A stretch of 64,000 nucleotides of DNA from Candidatus Komeilibacteria bacterium CG11_big_fil_rev_8_21_14_0_20_36_20 (GCA_002787405.1 PCWQ01000009.1:132-64131), one strand, 5' to 3'. Shown: positions 26,730 to 36,834, counted from the stretch's first letter. Notes: a model not told the origin generated them from the letters alone. A program made the numbers and translations.

Positions 26730-28004
26730 ATGAGGTGTTCTAAATTTTTATTATTAGTTATTATAGCGGCAATAATTACTGCCGGAGTCTTTTTTATTAA
26801 TAATCGTCAAGCAGAAAGACAACCACCTCACCAAACTCCCCCTTCAAATAATAATCAGCAGATTCCTACTCCTCCGCCATCAGCGCCTATAAAATTTATT
26901 CATACTGAAGGCCAAAAAATTAGGGATCAAAACGGGAACGAGATATTTTTAAGAGGTTTTAATATAGGGCCAGTTAAGTTTGCTAGTTATAAAGATGGTC
27001 TTAATACTTTAGAACAAATTGATGCTTTTAATGATATAGTATTAAAAAATTATATTTCGCAATGGGATGTAATCAATATGAAAAACATGGGGGCTAATGT
27101 CTTACGGGCTCATTCTTACTTAAGATTTTATACTTTAGAAACAGGGTCATATCAGTATGATGAAGGCTATCTAAAAACCCTTGATGATTTAATAAATATT
27201 GCCTACAGCAAGGGGATATCTGTTATTATAACTATGACTGGAGCAGGCCAAAATGAGCATCAAAATGAAACCAATGGTTTAGGCAACACTCTTTGGACTG
27301 ATCATGATTTAAGAAGTAGGGTTATTGCTGCTTGGAAATATATTGCTAAATATTATGCTAATAATCCTGGCGTAGCTGGTTATGATATCTTAAATGAACC
27401 TAGCCCCACTTCGGAGGAAATTTTTCACGCATTTTATAAGGATGTTATTGATGAGATAAGACAAGTTGATAGGAATCATATGATAATTTTAAGCGCCAAT
27501 TATTTTAGTGAGGAGGCCGTTTATAGTTGCGGTGGAGAATATAATGATAGCAACGTTTTATTGCAAATACACCAATATGTAGACGCTAATAAAAATGCTG
27601 AAGAAAATCCCGAATCTGTAATTTACCCGACAAGAGAATTATTAGAGCAAAAACTTCAAAAAATGTATTTATTCTGGCCAGAGTTACAAAAACATCCTTT
27701 ATTTATAGGTGAGTTTAGTGCTTTATGGGAGTCAGAAGAAAAAGGATTACGATGGACTAAAGATATGATTGAATTAATGAACCAATATGGAATTCACTGG
27801 ACATATTTTTCTTATAAACATATATTTGGCCAAACAAGAGGTTTATACGGAGCAATAGAATGGTGGCAAAAAGATGTCACGCCAGAACAAATAGATAATC
27901 TTGAGATTAGTGAAGGACAGAAACTATTACTTCAAACTACAGAAAACTATCTCATCAACCAAGAAGTAGGAAAAATTTTAAAAGACGGTTTTAAATTTAA
28001 GTAA
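26730..28004 (+). CDS. glycoside hydrolase family 5 (cellulase-like), secreted
   Basis: Signal anchor; catalytic acid/base in ILNEPS and nucleophile in GEFSALW. Confidence 0.8.
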   Translation: MRCSKFLLLVIIAAIITAGVFFINNRQAERQPPHQTPPSNNNQQIPTPPPSAPIKFIHTEGQKIRDQNGNEIFLRGFNIGPVKFASYKDGLNTLEQIDAFNDIVLKNYISQWDVINMKNMGANVLRAHSYLRFYTLETGSYQYDEGYLKTLDDLINIAYSKGISVIITMTGAGQNEHQNETNGLGNTLWTDHDLRSRVIAAWKYIAKYYANNPGVAGYDILNEPSPTSEEIFHAFYKDVIDEIRQVDRNHMIILSANYFSEEAVYSCGGEYNDSNVLLQIHQYVDANKNAEENPESVIYPTRELLEQKLQKMYLFWPELQKHPLFIGEFSALWESEEKGLRWTKDMIELMNQYGIHWTYFSYKHIFGQTRGLYGAIEWWQKDVTPEQIDNLEISEGQKLLLQTTENYLINQEVGKILKDGFKFK

Positions 28005-30562
28005 TGAAATTTTTTTTATTAACGATTAGTTTATTTTGTGTAGTGATTTTTTTAGTATTTTTTACAACCGCTGTACAAGCTGATGATAATTTTATTTACG
28101 GACAAAATTTTAGATTTACTTTGCATCAGGAAAAATCAGATTTAGGATTTCAGATTTATGATAATTCAGGAAATTTGTATTTTAGCAATAAATTATTAAC
28201 TATTCCCAATGGTTATAGTTTGCTAAATGAAGATAAAGAAAATCAAAAAATAACTCAGACTTATTATCACTCTGGCCAGCAGCATTATCTTAAACTAGAA
28301 TTAGAAATAGTTAATGGAAATCGAACAATAACAATAATATCAGTTTATTCGGATAATCCAGCAGGTTTTTTTATTGAGGGGGATTATTTTTCTTTTGCCT
28401 CCATAGGCGATAATTTTCCTTTTCGTTTTAAAATCAATCATTGCGGTAATAATTATTTAGGATCAACCATTGGCGCTGATGGTCAATCAGAACTTGGAGA
28501 TTGGCAGAAACAGGGTTATTGGCCGCGGAATTTGGAGGCGCCATCAGTGGGGATATATAATAAAGATGTTGGGCAAGTAGTGACAGTAATTGGTCAAGAT
28601 ATTTTGAGCGGAAATAGAATCTATGAATTCTTTTTAAAAGCTGATGACAATTCTGACGATCTTTTAGGTATCACTCCGCAGTTTTATGATCTAGCCACTG
28701 ATAAGTATCTTAAAACAAAATTGATTAAGCCTGATGAAATATTTTCTATTTCTTATATTATAGAACCATTTTTTATTAATGTTGCAGAAAATTTAAATTC
28801 CCGTACCATTGATAATCAGACTAGAAAAGTAATGGATGTTTCCGCCGCCCATATCCGCGATTATTTATTAGAAGATTCTAATGTAGCTAGTGAAGCCCCT
28901 TTAAATTTAAATCAAGTATTAAAAATTAAAGGTCTGATAGATTCTATTACTTTAGAACAGTTGATGAGCGAATATCGAGCGGTGGCTGGCGAAGCTGGTT
29001 TTGGCGCCAAGGACGATTATAAATGCGGCCATTTAAGAGGCATTGATTGTCAATATTTACTTGGAGAAGAGGGAGAGCCAAAAGATATAAACTTAGACAA
29101 TCTTAATGTTTTAGACAAAAATAATTTTTTATTATTACATTATAATAATATCAGTACCTTAGGTTTAGATAGCGCTGAATATGAATTTTACCCTCAATGC
29201 GCTGTTAAAGATAATGACGGCAACTTTATTTATAAAAAAGATTCAGAGGGCGAGGACAATAATAACGTTTATTTCAACTATCGCAATTCAGATTGTCGGG
29301 AATATGTAGTTGATAAATTTATCTATGATTTTAATAATTATTTTGGCTTAGTAGATGGCATTCGTTTTGATGAGCCTCTTGCTGGAGTAGTCATAGAAAA
29401 GCAAACTAACATCGAAGAGGGTTTTAGCAATGCTTATCAGGGTTTAATATCATTCTATTATGATCAATTAGTGCCGGCTTTGCGGCAGAATTTTCCAGAT
29501 ATTGTCTTGGCGGTTAATGGGCCAATTTTTATAAAATCGCAAAATGCCCTTGATTATTATTCAGTTGGAGACTGTATGTATCCTGACGCTGGAAAGCATC
29601 CTGAATGGGGCAAGTTTCAATTTGATACTAGATTGCTTAAATATTTTTACAGTCAGCTTTCCAACAAAAGTATTGGTTTTGGGATGGGATCATGCAACAC
29701 AGCTGTGCATGCTATTCAATATGGCCTATTACAGCAAGGCCCGGGCATAAGTTATCCGGAAGATGATAGTGACAATTGCGCTTATCCCAAAAAACATGAA
29801 TATTTATTTGCTAAGAAGCATATTGAGTTGATGGACAAAGGTGGCTTTGAGGTTCTTGACGAGAAAATTTATTGGCCTACCGGTAGCGAGATAATTCCGC
29901 GTGAAGTTGACAGTATGGTCATGCTGTCAAAACTTCGTACCAAAAATGACAGCAAGGATTATTTAATTGCCGGCGCTTATAATAAGTCATTTAAGATTGT
30001 TTATAATAATCTGACCAATTTTTATCCCCATGAATTATATTATATGGAGGATTCTCCCGTTTTAAATATTGTTTCAATGGATCAAATAGAAAGCATTGAA
30101 AATAATATTGCCGAAGATGATATTATGATTGCTAGTACCGTGCCTGTAGAAATTATCCCAGCTACTGGTACTATTGAAGCAACTATAGATGATTTAAATA
30201 ATCAATATTTTAAAATTAGTATTAAAGGTAATTCAGCAGTTACTTTAAATATTAAAAATTTGCCGTCAGATGAGGATTACATTATGAAACTCAACGACAA
30301 TGAGATAAAATTTAATTCCGGAGATCAGGGTCAATATACGCATCATTTTAATTTGGCTAACAATGCGGTTATAGAAGTATCTGGTAATTTGAATTTTACC
30401 GAATATCAAAATAGTCCGGATCTTAATCAAGACGGAAATAATCAATCGCAACAAGATAATCAGCAAACAGCTCCGGCGAATACAAATATCTTTGCAAAAA
30501 TATTTAACTGGCTGATTGGGTTTTGGCAGGTGATCAAGGGGTTACTAGTGAAGATATTTTAA
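28004..30562 (+). CDS. large secreted protein (852 aa), possible glycoside-hydrolase-like TIM barrel (DGIRFDEP); translationally coupled to GH5 gene (TAATG overlap)
   Basis: Signal peptide; 1-nt stop/start overlap with upstream GH5. Confidence 0.6.
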   Translation: MKFFLLTISLFCVVIFLVFFTTAVQADDNFIYGQNFRFTLHQEKSDLGFQIYDNSGNLYFSNKLLTIPNGYSLLNEDKENQKITQTYYHSGQQHYLKLELEIVNGNRTITIISVYSDNPAGFFIEGDYFSFASIGDNFPFRFKINHCGNNYLGSTIGADGQSELGDWQKQGYWPRNLEAPSVGIYNKDVGQVVTVIGQDILSGNRIYEFFLKADDNSDDLLGITPQFYDLATDKYLKTKLIKPDEIFSISYIIEPFFINVAENLNSRTIDNQTRKVMDVSAAHIRDYLLEDSNVASEAPLNLNQVLKIKGLIDSITLEQLMSEYRAVAGEAGFGAKDDYKCGHLRGIDCQYLLGEEGEPKDINLDNLNVLDKNNFLLLHYNNISTLGLDSAEYEFYPQCAVKDNDGNFIYKKDSEGEDNNNVYFNYRNSDCREYVVDKFIYDFNNYFGLVDGIRFDEPLAGVVIEKQTNIEEGFSNAYQGLISFYYDQLVPALRQNFPDIVLAVNGPIFIKSQNALDYYSVGDCMYPDAGKHPEWGKFQFDTRLLKYFYSQLSNKSIGFGMGSCNTAVHAIQYGLLQQGPGISYPEDDSDNCAYPKKHEYLFAKKHIELMDKGGFEVLDEKIYWPTGSEIIPREVDSMVMLSKLRTKNDSKDYLIAGAYNKSFKIVYNNLTNFYPHELYYMEDSPVLNIVSMDQIESIENNIAEDDIMIASTVPVEIIPATGTIEATIDDLNNQYFKISIKGNSAVTLNIKNLPSDEDYIMKLNDNEIKFNSGDQGQYTHHFNLANNAVIEVSGNLNFTEYQNSPDLNQDGNNQSQQDNQQTAPANTNIFAKIFNWLIGFWQVIKGLLVKIF

Positions 30563-30614
30563 AGTTGACTTTTTAGCTGTTTTTAGCTATGATAGGGGAC
30601 GTTGTTATTTTTTT

Positions 30615-30689
30615 GGCCCCATCGTCTAGTGGTTAGGACATCAGGTTTTCATCCTGGCAACCGGGGTTCGATTCCCCGTGGGGTCACCA
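30615..30689 (+). tRNA. tRNA-Glu (anticodon UUC), CCA encoded
   Basis: GGCCCCATCGTCTAGTGGTTAGGACA; anticodon loop TTTTCAT; T-arm CGGGG-TTCGATT-CCCCG. Confidence 0.9.
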
Positions 30690-30854
30690 TTTGAATCGTC
30701 ATCATCACTCATGGCCGTTAGCCATGCATTTATTTACTCGCTCATTGAAGATTGTGAGCGTAGTCGGGTGGGGATATAATTCTAAGACGCCCCAGTAAAC
30801 TCGTGGTCAGAAATCAAAATCGCCTCAGGAGCGGTTTTTTGATATAATTAAAAT

Positions 30855-31631
30855 ATGAAAAATAAAAAAGTAGATATTTTGTTGTTAATTGTATTTCCTG
30901 TTTTAGCATCTTTGATTACGGTAGTTTATAAAGTTAATTTTTTGTCATTCATAATTCTTTATTTTGGTATTCCATTGTTATATTTAGCATTAAGAAATCC
31001 AGGCATTGTAGTTAAAAGTTTTATGTTTGCTTTCTATTTTTCAATCCCATTGTCTCTTTTTGTTGATACCTTAGCAGTTTTAGATCAATCATGGATTATT
31101 AAGGAGACTATTTTTCCTTTTAAATTTTTTGGTTTAGCTACTGTCGAGGTGTATATTTATGGGTTGCTATGGGGCTTCTTAGCGGTGTTATTTTACGAGC
31201 ATTTTTTTGATAGGGGCAGATGGAAAGATAGGTTATCCAAAAATATTAAATACCTACTTTATTTTTTTGCATTTTTGGTCATAACAGTAACGGTGCTGTT
31301 TTTTGTTGATACCAATTTATTAAAAATACCCTATTTTTATCTTTGGGTTAGTCTGATTTTTATTATTCCTCCTCTAATTTTTTTTCTCTATTTTTATCCT
31401 AAATTTTTACAACGTTATGTACTGATTGCAGTTTATTTCTTTTTTATCCTATTTATCTCTGAGCTAACAGCTTTGGAAACCAAACAATGGATTTTTCCTA
31501 GTAATAATTTTATTGGTTTTGCGGAAGTATTTAAATACAGATTTCCATTGGAGGAGTTATTTTTTTGGATGATTTTTGCGACACCATCATTTTTAGCTTA
31601 TTATGAGTTTTTTGCTGATGATAGAAAATAA
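30855..31631 (+). CDS. polytopic membrane protein; possible lycopene-cyclase-domain (CrtYcd-like) protein
   Basis: 258 aa, ~8 TM; FPLEELFFW motif reminiscent of the PxEE motif of lycopene cyclase domain proteins (weak). Confidence 0.45.
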   Translation: MKNKKVDILLLIVFPVLASLITVVYKVNFLSFIILYFGIPLLYLALRNPGIVVKSFMFAFYFSIPLSLFVDTLAVLDQSWIIKETIFPFKFFGLATVEVYIYGLLWGFLAVLFYEHFFDRGRWKDRLSKNIKYLLYFFAFLVITVTVLFFVDTNLLKIPYFYLWVSLIFIIPPLIFFLYFYPKFLQRYVLIAVYFFFILFISELTALETKQWIFPSNNFIGFAEVFKYRFPLEELFFWMIFATPSFLAYYEFFADDRK

Positions 31632-31711
31632 TGTAAAATAGGTATCTCCACTTTCCCTGAACGGGAGTGAACGCAGTAAGTCGAAATGCAAAGCAATCTT
31701 TTATGTTTCTA

Positions 31712-31740
31712 TTGACTTTATTCTCTAATCATGCTATCAT
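31712..31740 (+). promoter_or_regulatory. sigma70-like promoter of cspA (TTGACT, 17-nt spacer, TATCAT) giving a ~100-nt 5' UTR
   Basis: TTGACT at 31712-31717, TATCAT at 31735-31740. Confidence 0.6.
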
Positions 31741-31844
31741 GGTGGCGAACTGCTATTTAACAGTTTAAAGAGTATAGTAAGCGTAGAAATAGAGTCGAAT
31801 TTCAAGGTTACTATATCTTAATTCATTTTATTTCTACATCTATT

Positions 31845-32042
31845 ATGCAAGGAATAATCAAAAAATTGACTGACAAAAATTTCGGATTTATTACCCAAGA
31901 AGGTGAAGAGAAAGATTTGTTTTTTCATGCTAACGAGCTAGATGGAGTTGATTTCAGTGAACTTAGTGAAGGTGACAATGTTACCTTTGAAGTTTCCGAC
32001 ACTCCTAAAGGCCCAGCAGCTACAAAAGTCAAAAAAGCTTAA
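31845..32042 (+). CDS. cspA: cold-shock protein (CspA family)
   Basis: 65 aa; RNP1-like motif KNFGFI and second motif LFFHAN. Confidence 0.9.
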   Translation: MQGIIKKLTDKNFGFITQEGEEKDLFFHANELDGVDFSELSEGDNVTFEVSDTPKGPAATKVKKA

Positions 32043-32062
32043 TTTCTTAATTTAAGAAATTC

Positions 32063-32089
32063 AAAAAACCGTCTACTAGGCGGTTTTTT
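32063..32089. terminator. bidirectional Rho-independent terminator after cspA
   Basis: aaaaaaCCGTCtactaGGCGGtttttt. Confidence 0.75.
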
Positions 32090-32109
32090 GTTTATGAACA
32101 AAACAAACG

Positions 32110-32298
32110 CTACTTTTTAACAGTAACATTTTTCTTGATGGATTTAAACATACATATTGTGTCTTGAATAATTAATACACAAATAATCACACCGAAAAAA
32201 CCAGGTATAATTATATGCAGATTATTTTTAGCTAATAACAATATATGTAAAATAAGCCCGCTAAGAGTGCTGATTGCATTGATAATAAAATCAATCAT
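32110..32298 (-). CDS. small membrane protein, hypothetical (62 aa)
   Basis: ORF only; two hydrophobic segments. Confidence 0.3.
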   Translation of the reverse strand: MIDFIINAISTLSGLILHILLLAKNNLHIIIPGFFGVIICVLIIQDTICMFKSIKKNVTVKK

Positions 32299-32369
32299 AA
32301 TCCCCTCCTGAATTTTAAGTACTTATTATTGATATAATTATCTTGTATTTTTTGTAAAAGGTCAAGAAT

Positions 32370-33374
32370 TTAAATAATATTTCCTTTATTAGTAGGAAAG
32401 GTGACCGCCTGGGTAATATCAGTCTGACCGCTTAAATATTGCATCACTCTAGACATACCAAAACCGCAACCAGCATGGGGCACTGCCCCATTGTTTTTAA
32501 TTTGATTAATATACCATTCAAAATCAGTCAGGTCTCCACCTTTAGCTTCTAGACGTTTAAACATTTTGGAATTTTGCAGACGATTAATTAATTCATCTAA
32601 AATATGAACTCGGGCGGCAGCGCCAACAGATTCTCCTCCAAAAGGCAAAATCAAATCAGCGCTTAATACTCTACCTGGCTTGTCTTTAGAAGGGAGCATA
32701 TTGAAAAATTTTTCCACTTCAATATTTTGTCCGTCTTCATGCATAGGGTCAGGATAGTGAGTGATAAAAAACGGTTGATTATCAACCGTGGCTACCAGTA
32801 ATTTTTCTCTTTGACTGGAAATGTCATTGCCCCATTCAATATCTTCTCCTAATTGCTGAAGTTTTTTAATTGCTTGGTCATAAGTAAATCTTTTAAATTT
32901 GGCAGGGCATTGGGTCAAGCGAAATAAATTATCTTGGCTTAAACCAAATTTATCTTCAGCAGTAGGGCATTGAGATACTTTTTGGGTCAGATAGTAAACC
33001 AGACTTTCTATGTATTTCAGTAAATCTTCAAAGTCTCCAGCAAACTCAATTTCCAGCATCGTAAACTCAGTTAAGTGGCGGTTGTCTATTTTAGGTTCGG
33101 CCCTAAAAGAAGGACCAACACAGTATACTTTTTTTAAGCTAGGGACCATTGCTTCCAGATAGAGTTGACCGGTTTGCGAAAGATAGGCATTCCGATTAAA
33201 CCACTGATGATTATCATCAACGCTAATTTCAAATAAAGTATTGATGTTTTCACACGCTCCGGAAGCACGGACAATTTTTGGTGGATAGAGTGGCGTGAAC
33301 CCCTGGCGGAGGAAGAATTTTTCGGCCTCTTTTAAAACAAAGCCCTCTAAGCGGGCGATTTGAGTTTTGTTCAT
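32370..33374 (-). CDS. class II aminoacyl-tRNA-synthetase catalytic-core paralogue without anticodon-binding domain (AsnA-like aspartate-ammonia ligase type)
   Basis: 334 aa; motif 2 FRAE, motif 3 GCGFGMSRV; no N-terminal OB-fold domain. Confidence 0.55.
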   Translation of the reverse strand: MNKTQIARLEGFVLKEAEKFFLRQGFTPLYPPKIVRASGACENINTLFEISVDDNHQWFNRNAYLSQTGQLYLEAMVPSLKKVYCVGPSFRAEPKIDNRHLTEFTMLEIEFAGDFEDLLKYIESLVYYLTQKVSQCPTAEDKFGLSQDNLFRLTQCPAKFKRFTYDQAIKKLQQLGEDIEWGNDISSQREKLLVATVDNQPFFITHYPDPMHEDGQNIEVEKFFNMLPSKDKPGRVLSADLILPFGGESVGAAARVHILDELINRLQNSKMFKRLEAKGGDLTDFEWYINQIKNNGAVPHAGCGFGMSRVMQYLSGQTDITQAVTFPTNKGNII

Positions 33375-33395
33375 AAGTTTTTTAAATTAAGAATT

Positions 33396-33423
33396 AAAAA
33401 ACTCCGCTTCAGCGGAGTTTAAT
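33396..33423 (-). terminator. Rho-independent terminator (minus strand)
   Basis: AACTCCGCttcaGCGGAGTT with T-run on the minus strand. Confidence 0.6.
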
Positions 33424-33540
33424 ATATTTTTGAAAAATTTTAACCAGCTCATTCATTAAGTAGTCTTTTCTATGAATTATTCTTTTTGGCATTCTGCCCA
33501 CTATTATATAGTGGATGACCGGTGGTTGTCAAGAAATAAG

Positions 33541-33610
33541 CATACTCTCCAGTGTCCTGCCTGCCCTCCGTAACCTCAAGCTTGTCGAGAGGTGAAGGAG
33601 GAGTAAATAT
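33541..33610. repeat. fragment of the GC-rich repeat family (CCTGCCTGCC and CCTCAAGCTTGTCGAGAGG = reverse complement of CCTCTCGACAAGCTCGAGG in element 6147-6344)
   Basis: Direct sequence match with one mismatch; lies inside track ORF 33470..33721, which is therefore doubtful. Confidence 0.5.
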
Positions 33611-33830
33611 TAATTGATTAGAAGGGAGTTTATTCATATAATATAGATAAATTATAGTTGCAGAGTTTTCATTTGATAAAATTACAAATTTATTGCTTAC
33701 TGTCATTTCTGTTTTCGGCAATTCAAATATATCATAAATTTATATGATTATAGCCAATAAAGGATTATTAATCTTATTTGATTAAAATTTTAATTTATGA
33801 TTAGATAATAGTAGTATTAATTTTTATTTT

Positions 33831-34946
33831 ATGGCACATGAAATATTAGATAATAATCAGGAGCTCATAAATCAAGCCCGTAAAGTAGTCAAAGAAAATT
33901 ATAAACCAGAACTTGAAGACCCTAAGGGCAGTCAGGGCGAAATTTTTAATTTACAGGTGGAAAAGCAGAAAATTATGCAAGCACTACACAGTGACTTAGA
34001 AAAGATAGAGCAGGGTTCGGATTTATTAGAGGGTCAGGGAGAAATAAATCGTGATGTTATTTATGATAAGAATAAAAAAATTTTTTATATTGATAACAAC
34101 CAGAAATTGGAAGTGGCTACATTTGGCGATTTAATTACGGACGTTTCACATGGCATTGAATATAATTTAAACACGGGAGACATTCCACGGGCAATATTAA
34201 AAAAATATGCGACGGAAAGAGCAAAAAGTCACATCCGTAAATTATTTGATATTCAGCTTTTAATTCAGGCGGAAGCGCAGCATAAAAAATTGGGGCATAG
34301 CCGAAAAAGTGAAATTTTAAGTCAAGTCAAAGAAAAACACAAGACTGGCATTGATAACTTTGAAAATAGAGCAGGGCTTATTTTTGAAAGAGATATAATA
34401 AATATGTTAAAACAGTTGCAGGTTGATTTACCGAATCTGGGAATCGAGATAGAAGATGTCAATGTGATTCAGGACATGGATCAAAAAGTTGATTTTATTA
34501 TTAAAGTAAAACAGCATCATCGCGCGGTGCAGGTGGAGGAAAGCGAAGAGTCATTACAGGATGGGCACAATAAGGTTTTTGGAATTCAATTTACGTTAAA
34601 TCCAGAAGCGACGCAACACAAAATGAAGCAGATAGAGGAGAGTATTAGAAGAGGAGTTAAGCAGGAAATTCACATTGATGATTTATTACTAATAACTATT
34701 CCAGTATCTAGCAATGAAATTGTTAGAAATTATCAAAATTGGCAACAGTTAGGTAAGCCAACTGGTGGTCCAGAAAGATTTTATGATATTAACACAAAAA
34801 TAGAAATTCTCGGTCAATTATTGGAGGGGATTAAGGCAAATAATATTATTGATGCAAATAAAAAGAATATTGCAAGATATTATGATAGTAAATTGGAATT
34901 AGTGGATACAGGCAATTTGGTTCATCTGAGGCCAGACACTAAATAA
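33831..34946 (+). CDS. hypothetical protein (371 aa), no recognisable domain
   Basis: Long ORF, charged/helical composition. Confidence 0.55.
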   Translation: MAHEILDNNQELINQARKVVKENYKPELEDPKGSQGEIFNLQVEKQKIMQALHSDLEKIEQGSDLLEGQGEINRDVIYDKNKKIFYIDNNQKLEVATFGDLITDVSHGIEYNLNTGDIPRAILKKYATERAKSHIRKLFDIQLLIQAEAQHKKLGHSRKSEILSQVKEKHKTGIDNFENRAGLIFERDIINMLKQLQVDLPNLGIEIEDVNVIQDMDQKVDFIIKVKQHHRAVQVEESEESLQDGHNKVFGIQFTLNPEATQHKMKQIEESIRRGVKQEIHIDDLLLITIPVSSNEIVRNYQNWQQLGKPTGGPERFYDINTKIEILGQLLEGIKANNIIDANKKNIARYYDSKLELVDTGNLVHLRPDTK

Positions 34947-34998
34947 ATTTAATCATATTTAAAGATAAAAACACCCCCGTCAAGCGGGGGTGTTAAGG

Positions 34999-36408
34999 TT
35001 ATTTATTTATATAATTTGAATAATCAAGTGTGTTCTTCCAGAGATACCAAGGAATGGTTGGATGGACGGTTTTTCCACTAAATTTAATTGATTGAGTAAC
35101 GGCCTCTATTGGGTATCCGCCATAAACGTAGGCATTGACCAGAGTAAACCAGTCTTGGTTGCTAATTCTAAATCGTCCGAGGCGAGTGTCTAATATTGAT
35201 TTTAACTCTTTGGCTTTTTCCTGTTCATAGCCCAGGGAGATGCGGGGTTGATTATAGATCAGTTTAACAAAACGACCGGCTCCCTTAGGATTATAGCCAT
35301 TACTTACTTCTAGGCCATCAGGATAACCATCCCCATCAGTATCAGAATTAAGCGGATTAGTGCCTAATTCCAGTTCGTAATTATCGGAGAGTCCGTCATT
35401 GTCCGCATCAATTCCTCCGGCAATTATTTTGGTGCCTAACACCTGACCAGTTTGTTTAGGAGTAGTCGTAAATGTCATTTCTGCAGTAGTAAAGCTTTTT
35501 TTATGCAAACTGTCATAGGCAGTTATTTTATAATAATAAGTAGTGTTTGGTTGAAGAGCAGTTAAAACGACTTTATGGTTTAATTTATGTAAATTTTTGG
35601 CAGAATATATTTTTTCTGAATAACGGCCTGATTTTGTTCCATATTTTAAATATCCTTTACTGGCTAAATTTGTATTCCAAGTAAAGATTGCCATGTCAGA
35701 AAAAATTCTCATTGCATCAAAATTGATTGGTTCCAGACTGCTAATTTCTAACTGATATTGGTCAATGGCGTCACTAGTCTTAAATTCAAAGATAGCTGAA
35801 CTGTCTTGATTGCCTGCTTTGTCTGCAACTACTATTCGTAAATAATATCTTTGATTTGCTTTGAGTTTATAAAGAAATAATTCATGCTCTTTCTCATAGG
35901 AGCTAATTTTTTTAGTTTTATCTAAATTATTTTCACTAATACCATAATAAATAGTGGCTTTTGTTTTTTCATCAGTTTGCCAGTAGAGGGCAGCGGCTGT
36001 GTCAGTGACTTGAGTGATATGGGAGTTAAGCAATTCTGGATTAATAGTATCAATCATATCTTCCGTAGAAAAATTTTGGATAAAGGTTTCTATTTGATAG
36101 CCGGATTGATTCTGTGCGATAATTTTATAATAATAAGTATGCTCTTCTTCTAGGCCAGTTAAGATTGTCCGATGATTATATTCATAGACATTATAGCGAA
36201 GATAGCGGTCTAGATTATCTGCTTTGTCACCAAAATAAACAATACCCTTCATTGGTTCATTGGTTTTCCATTCTAAAGCAGCGTTGCCGTTTTTAACTTC
36301 CATTATTTTAATTTCAGTAAAAATAGGATTAGCCGATACTGGCTGGTTATAACCAAAAGAAATTAAGATTAGGGCAATAATTAAGATAATTTTTAACCAA
36401 TTTTTCAT
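34999..36408 (-). CDS. secreted surface protein with three FN3-like modules and thrombospondin-type-3/dockerin-like Ca-binding repeats
   Basis: Signal peptide from MKNWLKIILIIALIL; DADNDGLSDNYE...DTDGDGYPDG repeats; track ORF extends to 36513. Confidence 0.65.
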   Translation of the reverse strand: MKNWLKIILIIALILISFGYNQPVSANPIFTEIKIMEVKNGNAALEWKTNEPMKGIVYFGDKADNLDRYLRYNVYEYNHRTILTGLEEEHTYYYKIIAQNQSGYQIETFIQNFSTEDMIDTINPELLNSHITQVTDTAAALYWQTDEKTKATIYYGISENNLDKTKKISSYEKEHELFLYKLKANQRYYLRIVVADKAGNQDSSAIFEFKTSDAIDQYQLEISSLEPINFDAMRIFSDMAIFTWNTNLASKGYLKYGTKSGRYSEKIYSAKNLHKLNHKVVLTALQPNTTYYYKITAYDSLHKKSFTTAEMTFTTTPKQTGQVLGTKIIAGGIDADNDGLSDNYELELGTNPLNSDTDGDGYPDGLEVSNGYNPKGAGRFVKLIYNQPRISLGYEQEKAKELKSILDTRLGRFRISNQDWFTLVNAYVYGGYPIEAVTQSIKFSGKTVHPTIPWYLWKNTLDYSNYINK

Positions 36409-36541
36409 AAATTTAGGTGGTTTTAACGTAATTAGGTAATAATGTATTATACTATATTTTATTAACATTGTCAATGATGGTTTTATTCTTGAAAAATGAT
36501 ATACTGATTTCATTATATCTAAGTATTAAAAAAATCAAAAT

Positions 36542-36778
36542 ATGAAGAAAATAGCTTTAGCTCAGTTTATTATTTTATTAGCTGGCAACTTATTTGCTTG
36601 GTTTAATTTTTTTAGAGAATTAAACAATTGGTTGCAGGGGCGGGCTTGTACCACTGGTTGCGCAGCCGGATTAGTCAATCCATTTTTAACTCCTTGTTTT
36701 TATGGGGCCATGGTCTTTGCCATTGCTTTAGTGGTTAGTATTATTATGTTAAGAAAAGTAAATAAAGCAAATCGATAA
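36542..36778 (+). CDS. small membrane protein, hypothetical
   Basis: 78 aa, two TM segments. Confidence 0.35.
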   Translation: MKKIALAQFIILLAGNLFAWFNFFRELNNWLQGRACTTGCAAGLVNPFLTPCFYGAMVFAIALVVSIIMLRKVNKANR

Positions 36779-36805
36779 TTTTTGGAAATATTTTAAATAA
36801 AATAA

Positions 36806-36829
36806 AAGAAGTCCCAGGGGGGACTTCTT
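36806..36829. terminator. bidirectional terminator hairpin
   Basis: AAGAAGTCCCagggGGGACTTCTT, 10-bp stem. Confidence 0.6.
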
Positions 36830-36834
36830 TGACC

